From Haliotis rufescens (taxonomy: Eukaryota), in assembly GCF_023055435.1 (NCBI RefSeq), contig NW_025964223.1, positions 10,044,001 to 10,108,000 on the forward strand: a stretch of 64,000 nt of DNA. Reading direction: 5' to 3'. The notes beneath the pieces are model-generated. The model saw only the letters and a program-made list of their open reading frames with translations. It was not told the DNA's origin and did no database searches. Each line of letters begins with the position of its first letter. Positions within the stretch are counted from its first letter, which is position 1. Positions 13,201 to 22,622 of this stretch are shown one piece after another. A program made the translations under genes and the position numbers.

Positions 13201-13885
13201 TATATTGTTCGATCAGGTTTAGCTGTTGTCATTTGCTGTCGTTGTCTAATGTTTATGAATAAGTTAGACATCTGCAGTGATGCAGGCTAAATGTACCAGA
13301 CAATATACATGTAGACGCGTGTGCTGTTAGTTTGATTAAACTACTTTTAACTACTCAAACAGTATTGTGAAATGGAAAGATATCATATATTTTCCATTTA
13401 CTTTTATTTTCTTTAAAAATTGGTAACATTATAATTACCTTTGTAAAGACAATTTCTTCGAAGTAGTACATGTGACAAAACAATCGGTATATACACTTGC
13501 AGTTTAAGACAAGTAGTTGTTGCATTCATGATGTGTTTTCAGCAGCATCCTACAAAGCGTGTATGTCCTTGTACCCTCAGATCATAGACACAGCTACACT
13601 GATATAACAATTGTTAATTTATATGAAACAATATTCGCTCTTCCATAAACCTATTCTATCACTGATATATATGCAGGTGATAATGACAATCATTACAATG
13701 CAACAAGATCTGAAATGCTTTGCTGAAAATCCATACCTATGTTCAGGAACTGCAAACAGAAACACAACTGCCTGTATAATCTGGAGAGATCCCGCTATTG
13801 CTGGAAGACACAGAAGTAAGTACAGACATTTCTGGTACGGGCCAAACTCCCCCAGTTGTCTCAACACGTCGTCAAAGTTCATCAT
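1147..13885 (-). CDS. SLC22-family (organic cation/anion/carnitine transporter-like, MFS) gene A; 9 coding exons in window, terminal exon off the left edge
   Basis: Exons 13885-13737, 11590-11350, 11047-10944, 9144-8990, 7697-7532, 5384-5166, 4760-4534, 3465-3284, 1298-1147 all have GT-AG boundaries and compatible phases. SLC22 motifs: FDDVLRQLGEFGPYQ, CxxWVYD, DMFGRRP, EIVGPSKR, PESPRWL, DRIGRK, ELMPT, LPET. Confidence 0.95.
1440..3060. repeat. Degenerate ~31-bp minisatellite (consensus ~AGTTATCTTGTAGTTAACCCATAGCTCCCC) in gene A intron 8
   Basis: Recurring TATCTTGTAGTTAACCCATAG units over ~1.6 kb. Confidence 0.85.
3284..3465 (-). CDS. SLC22 gene A exon 8 (AELMPT...CRVGSLLSPY)
   Basis: 182 nt, cag| and |gtgagt. 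Confidence 0.92.
3833..4008. mobile_element. Tc1/mariner-superfamily (Tigger/pogo-like) MITE
   Basis: TIR CAGCAAACTACGGTTATAA / TTATAACCGTAGTTTACTG, flanked by TA. Confidence 0.85.
4141..4419 (-). mobile_element. tRNA-headed SINE family S2, full length
   Basis: A box TGGCCCAATAG, B box GGTTCGAATCC, LINE-type tail ...GCGGCGTTAAACCCAACTCA; copies at 57214-57490, 41292-41478, 41779-41921, 21286-21436. Confidence 0.85.
4534..4760 (-). CDS. SLC22 gene A exon 7 (FYGLSMNV...DRIGRK)
   Basis: 227 nt, cag| and |gtaagt. Confidence 0.92.
5166..5384 (-). CDS. SLC22 gene A exon 6 (FLPESPRWL...)
   Basis: 219 nt, cag| and |gtatga. Confidence 0.92.
5693..7430 (-). mobile_element. 5'-truncated, decayed R4/Dong-type (RLE) non-LTR retrotransposon in gene A intron 5
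   Basis: LLYVDDL, FGLDKC and YTYLG RT motifs; CRLC..ETVQHIVSGC zinc motif; C-terminal QKATVLGS; both ends sit in TAA/TTA repeats. Confidence 0.8.
7532..7697 (-). CDS. SLC22 gene A exon 5 (MEIVGPSKR...DWKTRQL)
   Basis: 166 nt, cag| and |gtaggt. Confidence 0.9.
7880..8632. mobile_element. Putative non-autonomous DNA-transposon-like repeat, interrupted by a LINE tail (8356-8412, TSD AGCCCCGATTGTA)
   Basis: GC-richer block with many TCCCGA/TCGGGA sub-repeats and weak terminal inverted similarity; the nested tail has a perfect 13-bp TSD. Confidence 0.45.
8830..8873. repeat. (GCAC)n/(CA)n microsatellite
   Basis: Seen directly. Confidence 0.9.
8990..9144 (-). CDS. SLC22 gene A exon 4 (FGRRPVII...CFVF)
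   Basis: 155 nt, cag| and |gtaagg. Confidence 0.92.
9374..9539 (-). mobile_element. Retroposon family S1, internally deleted copy
   Basis: Head and tail match 57634-57909; TSD ATGTTGCAT(A/G)TCG at 9361-9373 and 9540-9552. Confidence 0.85.
9629..10150. mobile_element. MITE-like element with long inverted repeats
   Basis: AGTCCAGTTTCCACCCTTGCCGAACTAGGCTGG (9645-9677) is the reverse complement of 10078-10110 with 1 mismatch; outer CATCTTCCCGAG/CTCGGGAAGATG also inverted. Confidence 0.7.
10944..11047 (-). CDS. SLC22 gene A exon 3 (MDFVCEKK...GPLSD)
   Basis: 104 nt, cag| and |gtgagt, same length as B exon 3. Confidence 0.92.
11350..11590 (-). CDS. SLC22 gene A exon 2 (large extracellular loop, CAIPGFANDT...CHAWVYDQSQFISTISET)
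   Basis: cag| acceptor, |gttaga donor, 241 nt, open frame. Confidence 0.92.
11746..12003 (+). mobile_element. Retroposon family S1, full length
   Basis: GACCCCGTGAAGATCCGGGGTAGAATAGGTCTTC head, LINE-type tail, degenerate TSD ACCAA..TGAA. Confidence 0.88.
12454..12797. mobile_element. Tc1/mariner-superfamily (Tc2/pogo-like) MITE
   Basis: Perfect 23-bp TIR CCGTATTCGACGTAATAAGCGCC with TA on both sides. Confidence 0.9.
12800..13060 (+). mobile_element. Penelope-like RT remnant
   Basis: RQVVVIYMGSNCAPHLADLFLY; followed by PELEIK-like segment; related pieces at 18420-18720(-), 41080-41780(+), 63205-63690(+). Confidence 0.6.
13737..13885 (-). CDS. SLC22 gene A coding exon 1 (MMNFDDVLRQLGEFGPYQ...VPEHR)
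   Basis: ATG at 13885; donor AG|gtatgg; matches gene B exon 1. Confidence 0.92.
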
Positions 13886-14134
13886 TTTGCGGCACCACCA
13901 TCCGCTTGCTTAGAAAGTGAACTGATGGAGATTACAGCAATCCGTCAACACACAGCTGTGTACATGATGAAGGACATTCAAAGGCGTAGCCTCTGTACAA
14001 CCACGCTGTTGGTGTGCAAATCGTTACCAACTGCAAAAGTGGCTATATTCGTTCAGTATCCCGATTGCATGCTTTCAATTCGACCAATCAGACACGTGCA
14101 TCTATCTGCGGGGCGAGGCACACGCATGCATATA

Positions 14135-15499
14135 TACTCTTCAAAGGAAGAAACGCAATAGACATATTTTTGGCAATAAAAGCAAAATTAGCAGACTAAG
14201 AGGTGCAAAATAAAAAAAGGTTTAATGTGTTATAGTGTCAGTGACAAATTTCCCGGATCAAAATGATCACAACAAGGAAAATCAAACCACTCGTCGGGAA
14301 ACACGCACGATTCGGAAAAAAGCACCTAGTGCATTTATAAAAGGGCCATCGAGTTGCACGCACTGCACGTGCTGCAGCACTATGAACGGTATTAAAGTGC
14401 AGGGTTTTTGATTGCCTGGCATCTGCGTCAATCGAACAAAGAAACAACGTCATAGGCCGCTTACAGGCAGGGGAATCCCGATCAGATGTAGCCAGGGTTT
14501 TCAATGTAGCCTCAAGCACCATCACAAGGCTTTGGGGTCGGTTTCAACAGCATGGGACAACACGTGATCGGGACGACCAAGAGTAACCATCACCGCCAAA
14601 GTTCGCTACATCCGACTGCGTAACCTACGTGAAAGGACGACCACAGCCACCTCAACCGCATCCCAAATATCCGGACTGTGCAGAATCTCCGACCATACCG
14701 CACGAAACCGTTTAAGAGCAGCAGGTCTACGAGCAAGACGTCCTGTTCGACGCGTCATATTGAGTCGACGACATCGTCAACAACGACTGAAATAGTGTCG
14801 TCAACACATGTTATGGCCTCCGTTGCGATGGAGACATGTCTGGTTCAGCGACGAATGAAGATTTCTCCTCCGTCGAGGGGATTGAAGAGCACGGGTCTAC
14901 AGACGCTGGGTGACCGTTACGCCGGAAACTGCGTACAGGAAGTGGACAGAATTGCTGGGGTTAGCGTTATGATGTGGGCAGCTATCTCTCATCATGACAG
15001 GAAAGGTGTCGTCCATATCCAGGGCAATCTTACGGCTAAACGATACATCAACGAAATTCTCTTACCTCAACCAGCACTGATCACAAGAGCCTGTCCACAC
15101 AGCAACAACGTTCATATTCTGCCCTGGCCTCAGGATCCCCGGATTGTAACCCGATAGAACACCTGTGGGATGAAGTGGTTAGTCAACCATAACCCCAGAC
15201 GTTGCAGCAGTTGGCTTTTGCGTTGGAGGCCGAACGGGCTACCATTGCCCAGGATGTGATTTGCATACTCGTCTCTTCAATGGGCAGGAGCTGTCAGGCC
15301 GCTATCGACTCCAACGGGGGACATACGCGTTATTGATTGTAGCTGACCTTCACCTTGGACTTTTCCTAAATACCGATGACTGAGATGAGTACAATCACCA
15401 AGTGTCCTCTCCACAACATTTTGGTTCAATACCTTGTACGGTTCCTTGTATAAATGTATTTTCGTACCTCACACAAATCTTTTCCTTTTTTGAAGAGTA
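14135..15499 (+). mobile_element. Tc1-family DNA transposon, near full length, decayed transposase
   Basis: TIR TACTCTTCAAA / TTTGAAGAGTA flanked by TA; HTH region IGRLQAGESRSDVARVFNV, GRPRVT, WFSDE, VMMWAAIS, NPIEHLWD with stops and frameshifts. Confidence 0.9.
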
Positions 15500-16269
15500 T
15501 ATTATATTCATAGAGGTTCAATGGTTCTGAGTGATGACTACACTATTGGCATCACTAAAACGTTCCTTTGTCTTCCAATTTATGAGTTCAGAAATGATTA
15601 AACTATGTTTATTTGAGACAGGTTTTTTCCATCCATTTGATTTCGAATGTACATGTCTCATGTAGATGTTATAAAAACCAGACCAAGAGTGTCGTAAATT
15701 ACTCTCATCTATAGACTGTTATCAGTGATATCTCATCAGCCTGTCATCACACTGTCTCTTTGAATGATGACCTGTCAAGCACAGCAATGGGTTTTGGTAG
15801 GGGAGTCGGATGGAGGTTGGATAGAAATTATCTAAATCAACAACTAAAAACAACTTGCAACTTATTTGTTCCTAAATAGTCATTATTGAACATAATAGTC
15901 TATATAGATACATGTATAATCAATGGACATATGAATAAGGTGCTTGAGGGAGGTACATGTTTGGTTTTATAAGTACCAATATAATATGTATTTAATATTG
16001 GGTAGTATTCATGCCATTAAGAAGGTTGATGTTTGGTTTAAAATTGTAATAAATTTACAAAGTGGTCAACCTTTCTCTTGATGATTGGAAAAGCCCAACG
16101 GGACCAACAGTTGACACTATTAAGGATTGGCGTTGCTCAAGTTGACAGGGCTAATTAGAACATATAAACAAGTGGCCTCCTGCCAAATGATAAAACAGAT
16201 ATCACCAGCTAGAAACAGATGTTTGACAGTTAGACCGTGGTCGGTCTTCAATGCAATCTGTATGTAACA

Positions 16270-18101
16270 TGGCTCCATCGTCTATGGTGGAGCCTGCAAA
16301 AGTAATTTACAAAAACTCGATACCATCCATCATCAAGGCCTGAGGCTTTGCCTTGGAGCTTTTAGAACGTCTCCCATTCACAGTCTCTATATAGAAGCAG
16401 ATGAGCCTTCTCTTAAACAACGCCGTTTAAAATTATGTTTACAATACATCACTAAATTATATTCTAATCAGTCCAATCCAGCTTTTGAATGCATATTCAA
16501 TCCTCTCTACGAAGATCTTTACAATAAGAAATCAACACTTACTCCACCACTCGGAATCAGAATAAAATCTGCAATATCAGCTTCTAATATTCAACTCCAA
16601 GATATAGCTCCTACTAAACTTTTCTCATCTCCTCCTTGGCAAATGGTAAAGCCAGAGGTAGATCTTACATTAACAAAACTAAAGAAATCAGACACTAACG
16701 AATTAATTTACCAACAGGAATACAGTCAATTAAGAAATAATTATGACACTTATAAATCTATCTTTACAGATGGATCCAAGGATGGTGGCGCAGTTGCTAG
16801 TGCCACCGTCATTGGATCCAGAACAATATCTTCACGTTTACCTGATAACAGTTCCATATTCACTGCAGAAGCAAACGCCATTTTACAGCACTTAAATATA
16901 TCAGTAATCAAGCTAAACATAAACAATTCATACTGTTTTTAGATTCTCTTTCATGCCTTCAGGCGATTAAAAATATGTCACCTAAACATCCACTTTTAAT
17001 CGAAATTCTCGAATTATTTAATGATCTTGCTACTGGCCAATATGACATCGTCTTTTGTTGGTTACCAAGCCATGTTGGTATCATTGGTAACACAATGGCC
17101 TATGCTGCTGCAAAAGCAGCACTCAACAAATCTGTGACACCACTTCTGATTCCATACACTGATTTTAAACCCATGATTCGATCTTACATCCGAGATCTTA
17201 TGCAACAGAAGTGGGACGCCCAAGTAGGTATAAATAAATTACATGAAATTAAACCAAATATCGGTTATACCTACTTGGGCTGTCAGTCCAGATTTCAAGA
17301 GGTCATTCTAAGACGATGTCGCATTGGCCATTCCCGATACACTCACGAGTATTTATTGCAAGGTGAGGATCCTCCGTTTTGCATCCCTTGTGATGAGAGA
17401 ATCACGGTCAAGCATGTCCTGCTTGACTGTATTGATTTTGCCATCACAAGGGATCAATATTTCAACGTTTCATCTATAAAGGATCTTTTTAACCTCAACT
17501 CTCATTTAATTCTTTGATTTTTAAAAGAAATTGAATTGATTAATAAATTTTGATGTATAAAGTTATATATTTTATCAATTGGTAGAATATGATTATGAAC
17601 TGAGATTGTTAGTGGTTGTACCCTTGATGGGGGTTGAAGTAGCGTAAAATTATTGTCCCCCTGAGAGGGTGCGTAAACCCACTTCATTCAAAGTAATTTA
17701 TATATACCAGGTTTTTAATCGTAGAATATTTGTTTGTTTTAATTTTGGCTAAACTTGTCCATAATCATCAGTAACCGAAGGGATGGTGTAAATCCTGCCG
17801 GGGTCAATGCAGGTAGCAAAGGTACTGTAAGTCCCCATGGTCCCCGGTATGGTGACCTACCTTTTGGTTGCTGGTGATATATAGCCCAATTTTACGTTGT
17901 ATTGTAATGTATTGTATTATATGAATTTGTAGTTTTATGATCACTCACTAGTTTTAAACTGACATCTGTGATAATCTAGTACTTTTACTGTCCTTTGTCG
18001 ACAGGTTTATATTCTCAATTGATGTATTGTTTAATTTGATATAATCACTATATGGCTGAAATATTGCCGATGTGACTTTAAATTTTAACTCACTCACTCA
18101 C
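16270..18101 (+). mobile_element. 5'-truncated I/Nimb-type LINE (RT C-term, RNase H, Cys motif, full 3' UTR, (CTCA)n tail)
   Basis: IFTDGSK, FTAE, WLPSHVGIIGN RNase H motifs; 13-bp TSD TCTGTATGTAACA at 16257-16269 and 18102-18114. Confidence 0.93.
17764..17878 (+). ncRNA. Candidate structured RNA domain in LINE 3' UTR (copies at 139-252 minus, 53187-53300 plus)
   Basis: 18-bp closing stem and 12-13-bp inner stem with compensatory substitutions among three copies. Confidence 0.65.
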
Positions 18102-19098
18102 TCTGTATGTAACAGCCCGTTGGCAAACATCCGGGACGCATTAACGAAAATTAAATTTGATGATCAGTTACCACTTCATGAGATTAATATAGCAATAAAT
18201 TTGCAAAACTTCGCACAGTAAATTACAAACGACACAGTTTGTATACCTATTTTCCATTTATACAGGCCCACGTACCTGCTGTCACAATCGTTTTACAACA
18301 AAACGCTTTCCATATTCTGCAGAGTCGATTGTACGATACCGACTAGGTCATGGGCATGTGTCTATGAACCTCTAACAAAGAATGATAGTACCAGGTGTTC
18401 GCGAAAAGGTGACCCACCGGTCACACCGGTCACAATGTTGTAACCTTTATCAAACAGCTTCTGAGCATGAGTCGTATGACGCTCTTTGAAATTTTGGAAG
18501 AATGAGCATGCTCGATAACGCCTTAAAAGCTTCAGGAATACTTCTCGACATAAAGGGCAAGTTGACTATTGGAAGGTTGAAGTCATCTCCGTTGTTATAT
18601 AGTAGTCTGTCACTCTGAATCCTTATGTTATAGATCTAAATACGAAACAAATTAGAGTCTCACTGGTCTCCTTTATTTCTAGTTCAGATGTGTAAATCAG
18701 TGGAATGGAAATAGCTCTTTGATGATTCTTGGAGAACTTCAAGCAATAATAACACGACACGAATTACATTATATATAATATATACATGTATATGTTGGTA
18801 ATCCACTCTACAATTCTTAGTGGGCACACAATATAGATCTTGGCCATCATCATCTTGCATTAATAGTTTTCATTGGTTAGGGCATTTATACTTGGAACAA
18901 AGTAATAACAACTCAATGAAGACAGGGATGTAAGCATATAGTTTTACAATATTTAGTTTTCTTTGCAAAATGATATTACTGCAGCATGTTATCTCATTCT
19001 AAACAGTTCAGAAAATTAGATACAGCCAACAAAAATATTCAATAACATTATATAATTATGTAGTTCATTTTCTTAAATAATTCTACTCAAGCTCTATG

Positions 19099-19263
19099 AT
19101 GCTTGTCGTAAGAGGCGAGTCAGTCTCGCTGACTTGATTGATGCTTGTCATCGTATCCCAATTGTGTGGATCGATGATCCTGATATTAATCACTGGATTG
19201 TATGGTCCGCCGTCATATAGCTGAAATATTGCTGAGTGCGGCGTTAAAAAAACAACCATCCAA
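19099..19263 (+). mobile_element. Retroposon family S1, 5'-truncated
   Basis: GCTTGTCGTAAGAGGCGA through tail; TSD CTATGAT. Confidence 0.8.
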
Positions 19264-21559
19264 CTATGATATCTGCATACATGGCTTCTCTATTGGAATT
19301 TTATCATTTGCGGTCAGTGTCCAGATATTGTTCTTCAATTTGAATTTTAAAATGAATATTGTTGAATCATAACTTTGTGTGCTGCAAGAACGCTTTAGTA
19401 TTTTAAAGGTATCAATCATCCTTCTGTTGATGTATATGTTTGCAGGTAATGCACTCCACTAAAGACCTACTAAAGTGTACCGTGTAGTTAAAAGTGACAA
19501 GAACATTTTTTCCCTTATGAAAATAAATCTTCGCTAAAATTGAACGAAGCCGACGACATCATAAGCAAATATGTTTATAAATCACAATAAAACAGTGATG
19601 ATACCAGGTTTATAACAAAAGGAGAGCCTTCCTACCCCACCAGTGACACCCGTCACCGTTGACTAAAAGGACATTCATGCTGACAGGAACAGAAAGGAAC
19701 AAGTTTAATAATATACTCTGCAAAATAAAAGAAACGCAAAAGTGAGTTTAGATGTAAATTTCATATGAATTATCAACAGATGGAAATCGATTGTTCAAAC
19801 TTGGAAAACATCATTGTCATTAATCCAGGTTCCATATGGCACACAATTGGTCATCTGTTCTTGACATGTTTTCGCTGTTCACCTGCTGTACATGTAAGAT
19901 TGTGATATCAAATGTTCTATTGCGAACACATATACTGCCAGCGCTCATGATTGCCACATCTATTGCACGAATGAATGAACATATCATTAATAATCTTACC
20001 TGAGCTCACTGTGTGTTCTGAAGTCAAATCGCTGTAAGGCATCCTGCACGGCTTCGTTAACGTTTACCCTCAAAAGTACGATAGAAAAATCTGCGATTCT
20101 GTACCATGTGTGTTCAATGTTCGACTGTATTTTTTGCGACAGGTGTTCGTTTATTTATTAAAATTCCACACATTCATAAATCATATTGAGTTGCTCGCCT
20201 CTTCTCCAGTTGATCACACTCTCCACTGATGCTTACTGCTTTGATTAACTGGAGGCCGGATATAACTAGTTACAAACTCTGTTCTAATTATGCTAATTGA
20301 GAAAGCGCATTATACTAGATGACAAACTTAGTTATCCTGTCGCACTAATCCTTGTTTGTATATATTAAATTGTATATATTCATATTTGCCGCTATTAATG
20401 ATAAAATTTATTTTACCGTCATTGTTTAAAACCACTCTGAACTACTTGTATGTATAGATCATCTTAGGCGAACGTTACAAATCTTCTATTTCTTTATTAT
20501 GTAAAATGCTGTCAACATGAATAAATGCCAACTATTCCATAACACTCCAAATGTAGTTGTCATAATGAACATAGTTTTAAACTATAATTGTCACGTGCAA
20601 TAATACTGTCCGGTATTATTAATAATATTTTCAATATCAACCACATATTGTGTGAATCCAGTAAGAAGAAACTGAGTGAAGCAGTGGTAAAATCTATCCA
20701 TATATACAAAATTGTATATTTTTGGATATACCATTATACAAAATTGTATATTTTTCGATGTAACATACATACAAATTGTATATTTTGTATATATTGCAAT
20801 TTTCCCCTGTGAACGTTTATATAGCCCAACAAGTGATGATACACGTGCATGTCATGTTCGTGTGTTACGGTGCCAGGCTCTCACGTGGTTCTGTTTCTTG
20901 CGAATTCTTCATGTTTTCACCAAATCCCTGCAGTACATCATTCTTTCCACACAAATCAATCCCAATACATGTAGAAATGCATGCCGAAAGTCCTTTTTGG
21001 TATTAATTTCGTTTAACACTCAGCAACAATCTGGGAGATATTTACGATTTTACTACCTTTGCGAGGGGTTTTATTTGCAGATAATATGAAATATTATGCA
21101 AAGGAAATGTTATATTCTAAATTCTAAATTATTCAATGGAGTATTTCTGAAACGCATTCTGAAAATATTGGAAAATGTAAAATATGTGTTTATGAAATCC
21201 GACAAGGCGACCACCATACCCTCTCCATAGCAATTGACACAAACGACCTTTAGTCCCTATTCTCTGCACACGAGTGTACAGCGGGTGTCAGCACCATACC
21301 CGTGCTCGTGGGTAAACGTGTAAGACCTGCATCACTTCGGGCTTTCCTCCAACATTAAGCTGACACGCCGTGATATGACTGGAATACTGTTAAAAGCGGC
21401 GTTAAACCCAACTCACTCACTCACTCACTCACTCACTATTACCATCTATCACTTTTATTCATGCATTATTATTTTGCTTACCCTCGTTGTAATGTCACTA
21501 ATTGTTATGAATTGTAATGAAACTAATTTCCTTTATTTACACTAAAGGACCCAAGAATC

Positions 21560-22441
21560 CTATCAACAACAATGCAGATTACGGGATCCATATCTAAATG
21601 CTCCAAATCTCAAGCACATTCCGTTTGCCTGCCTGATGGTCAGTCAGTATTCACTGTTGACTTGAATGCAATTCATCATGCACTCAAACTCATTCTGGAA
21701 CTACCGGAAGCAAATGCAGTCGTCTTTTCATACTTGCTAAGTGCACTTCAAGCCATCTGCGGCAGAAACGCAAACTCAAGACCAAGCACAGTCAATAATA
21801 TTCAATACTATCGACCTATCATTGAGCTGTGGTGGATCCCGTTTCACATAAATGTTCAAGGAAATGAAAACGCAGACACACTGGCAAAGCTGCTCCATTG
21901 CTCAAAAATTGCAAGCCCAGTGAGACGCAAGTAAGATCGGCAGATGGCCATGCAAAATGCAACCCAAGATCCACCAAAAGCCATACTCATACTCAAGTGA
22001 AAGGAAAGTTAAAGTAGGCATCTCACGCCTCAGATTTGGTCACAAAAAGCACTATGACAAGGTATGCCCATTTTGCAAGTCAACCTGAGTCCATAGCTCA
22101 CTTGTTACTGGAATGTCAAGTTCATGCCCCAGCCCGGGCACTGTTAAAACAAGAATTGAAGTAACATTCGCTCGCTGAAGACCATGAGATGTAAAGCGAA
22201 AGCCAAACTAACTCTATTTTTTAGAGATGGACAGCTATTCGAACATATATAAACAGAGCAGCCAAAAATAAAAAATGAAATCGTATCAATATACGAAAAA
22301 GAATCTTATCTTTACAAAAGATATCTGATTAATACTAAAACTCACAAACGATATGTGTACCCTACTCACAAACATGAGTCCCAAAGGTCAGCCAAAATTG
22401 CTAAGGCAGAGGGCGACCTCTTAAACACTTAACAACAACAC
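21560..22441 (+). mobile_element. Decayed 3' fragment of a second RNase H-bearing LINE family
   Basis: SVFTVDL..I, LLSALQAI, WIPFHINVQGNENADTLAK; ends in TTAAACACTTAACAACAAC. Confidence 0.75.
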
Positions 22442-22550
22442 AATGGTTATGCGCAAGGTTCTGGGTCGGGATAAGATTATTAGAAGCATTGACGGCACTT
22501 GTGAAGAGCAAATTCCACGTGGTGAGTGCTGGGAAGCGCTAATGACTCTT

Positions 22551-22622
22551 CCCCCGTGTGGACCCAGGGTAGAATGTGTCCTCAGCACCCAATTGCTGGT
22601 CGTAAAACGCGACCAAATTGGG
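22551..22622 (+). ncRNA. Candidate structured RNA (H-type pseudoknot + internal-loop hairpin) at LINE 5' end, shared with S1 heads
   Basis: Manual alignment to 57634-57725 and 11746-11837 with structure-preserving changes; function unknown. Confidence 0.55.

Noticed and set aside
17780-17840. Cobalamin riboswitch or twister ribozyme identity for the 3' UTR domain (GGTGTAAATCC, ACTGTAA, TAAGTCCC resemble pieces of them)
   Set aside because: No B12 box or kissing-loop partner and no twister T1/T2 pseudoknot complementarity could be built; only short motif resemblance.
19713-20100. Third Tc1 element starting TACTCTGCAAAATAAAAGAAACGCA
   Set aside because: Only one TIR-like end and no convincing transposase or partner TIR; too weak to annotate.
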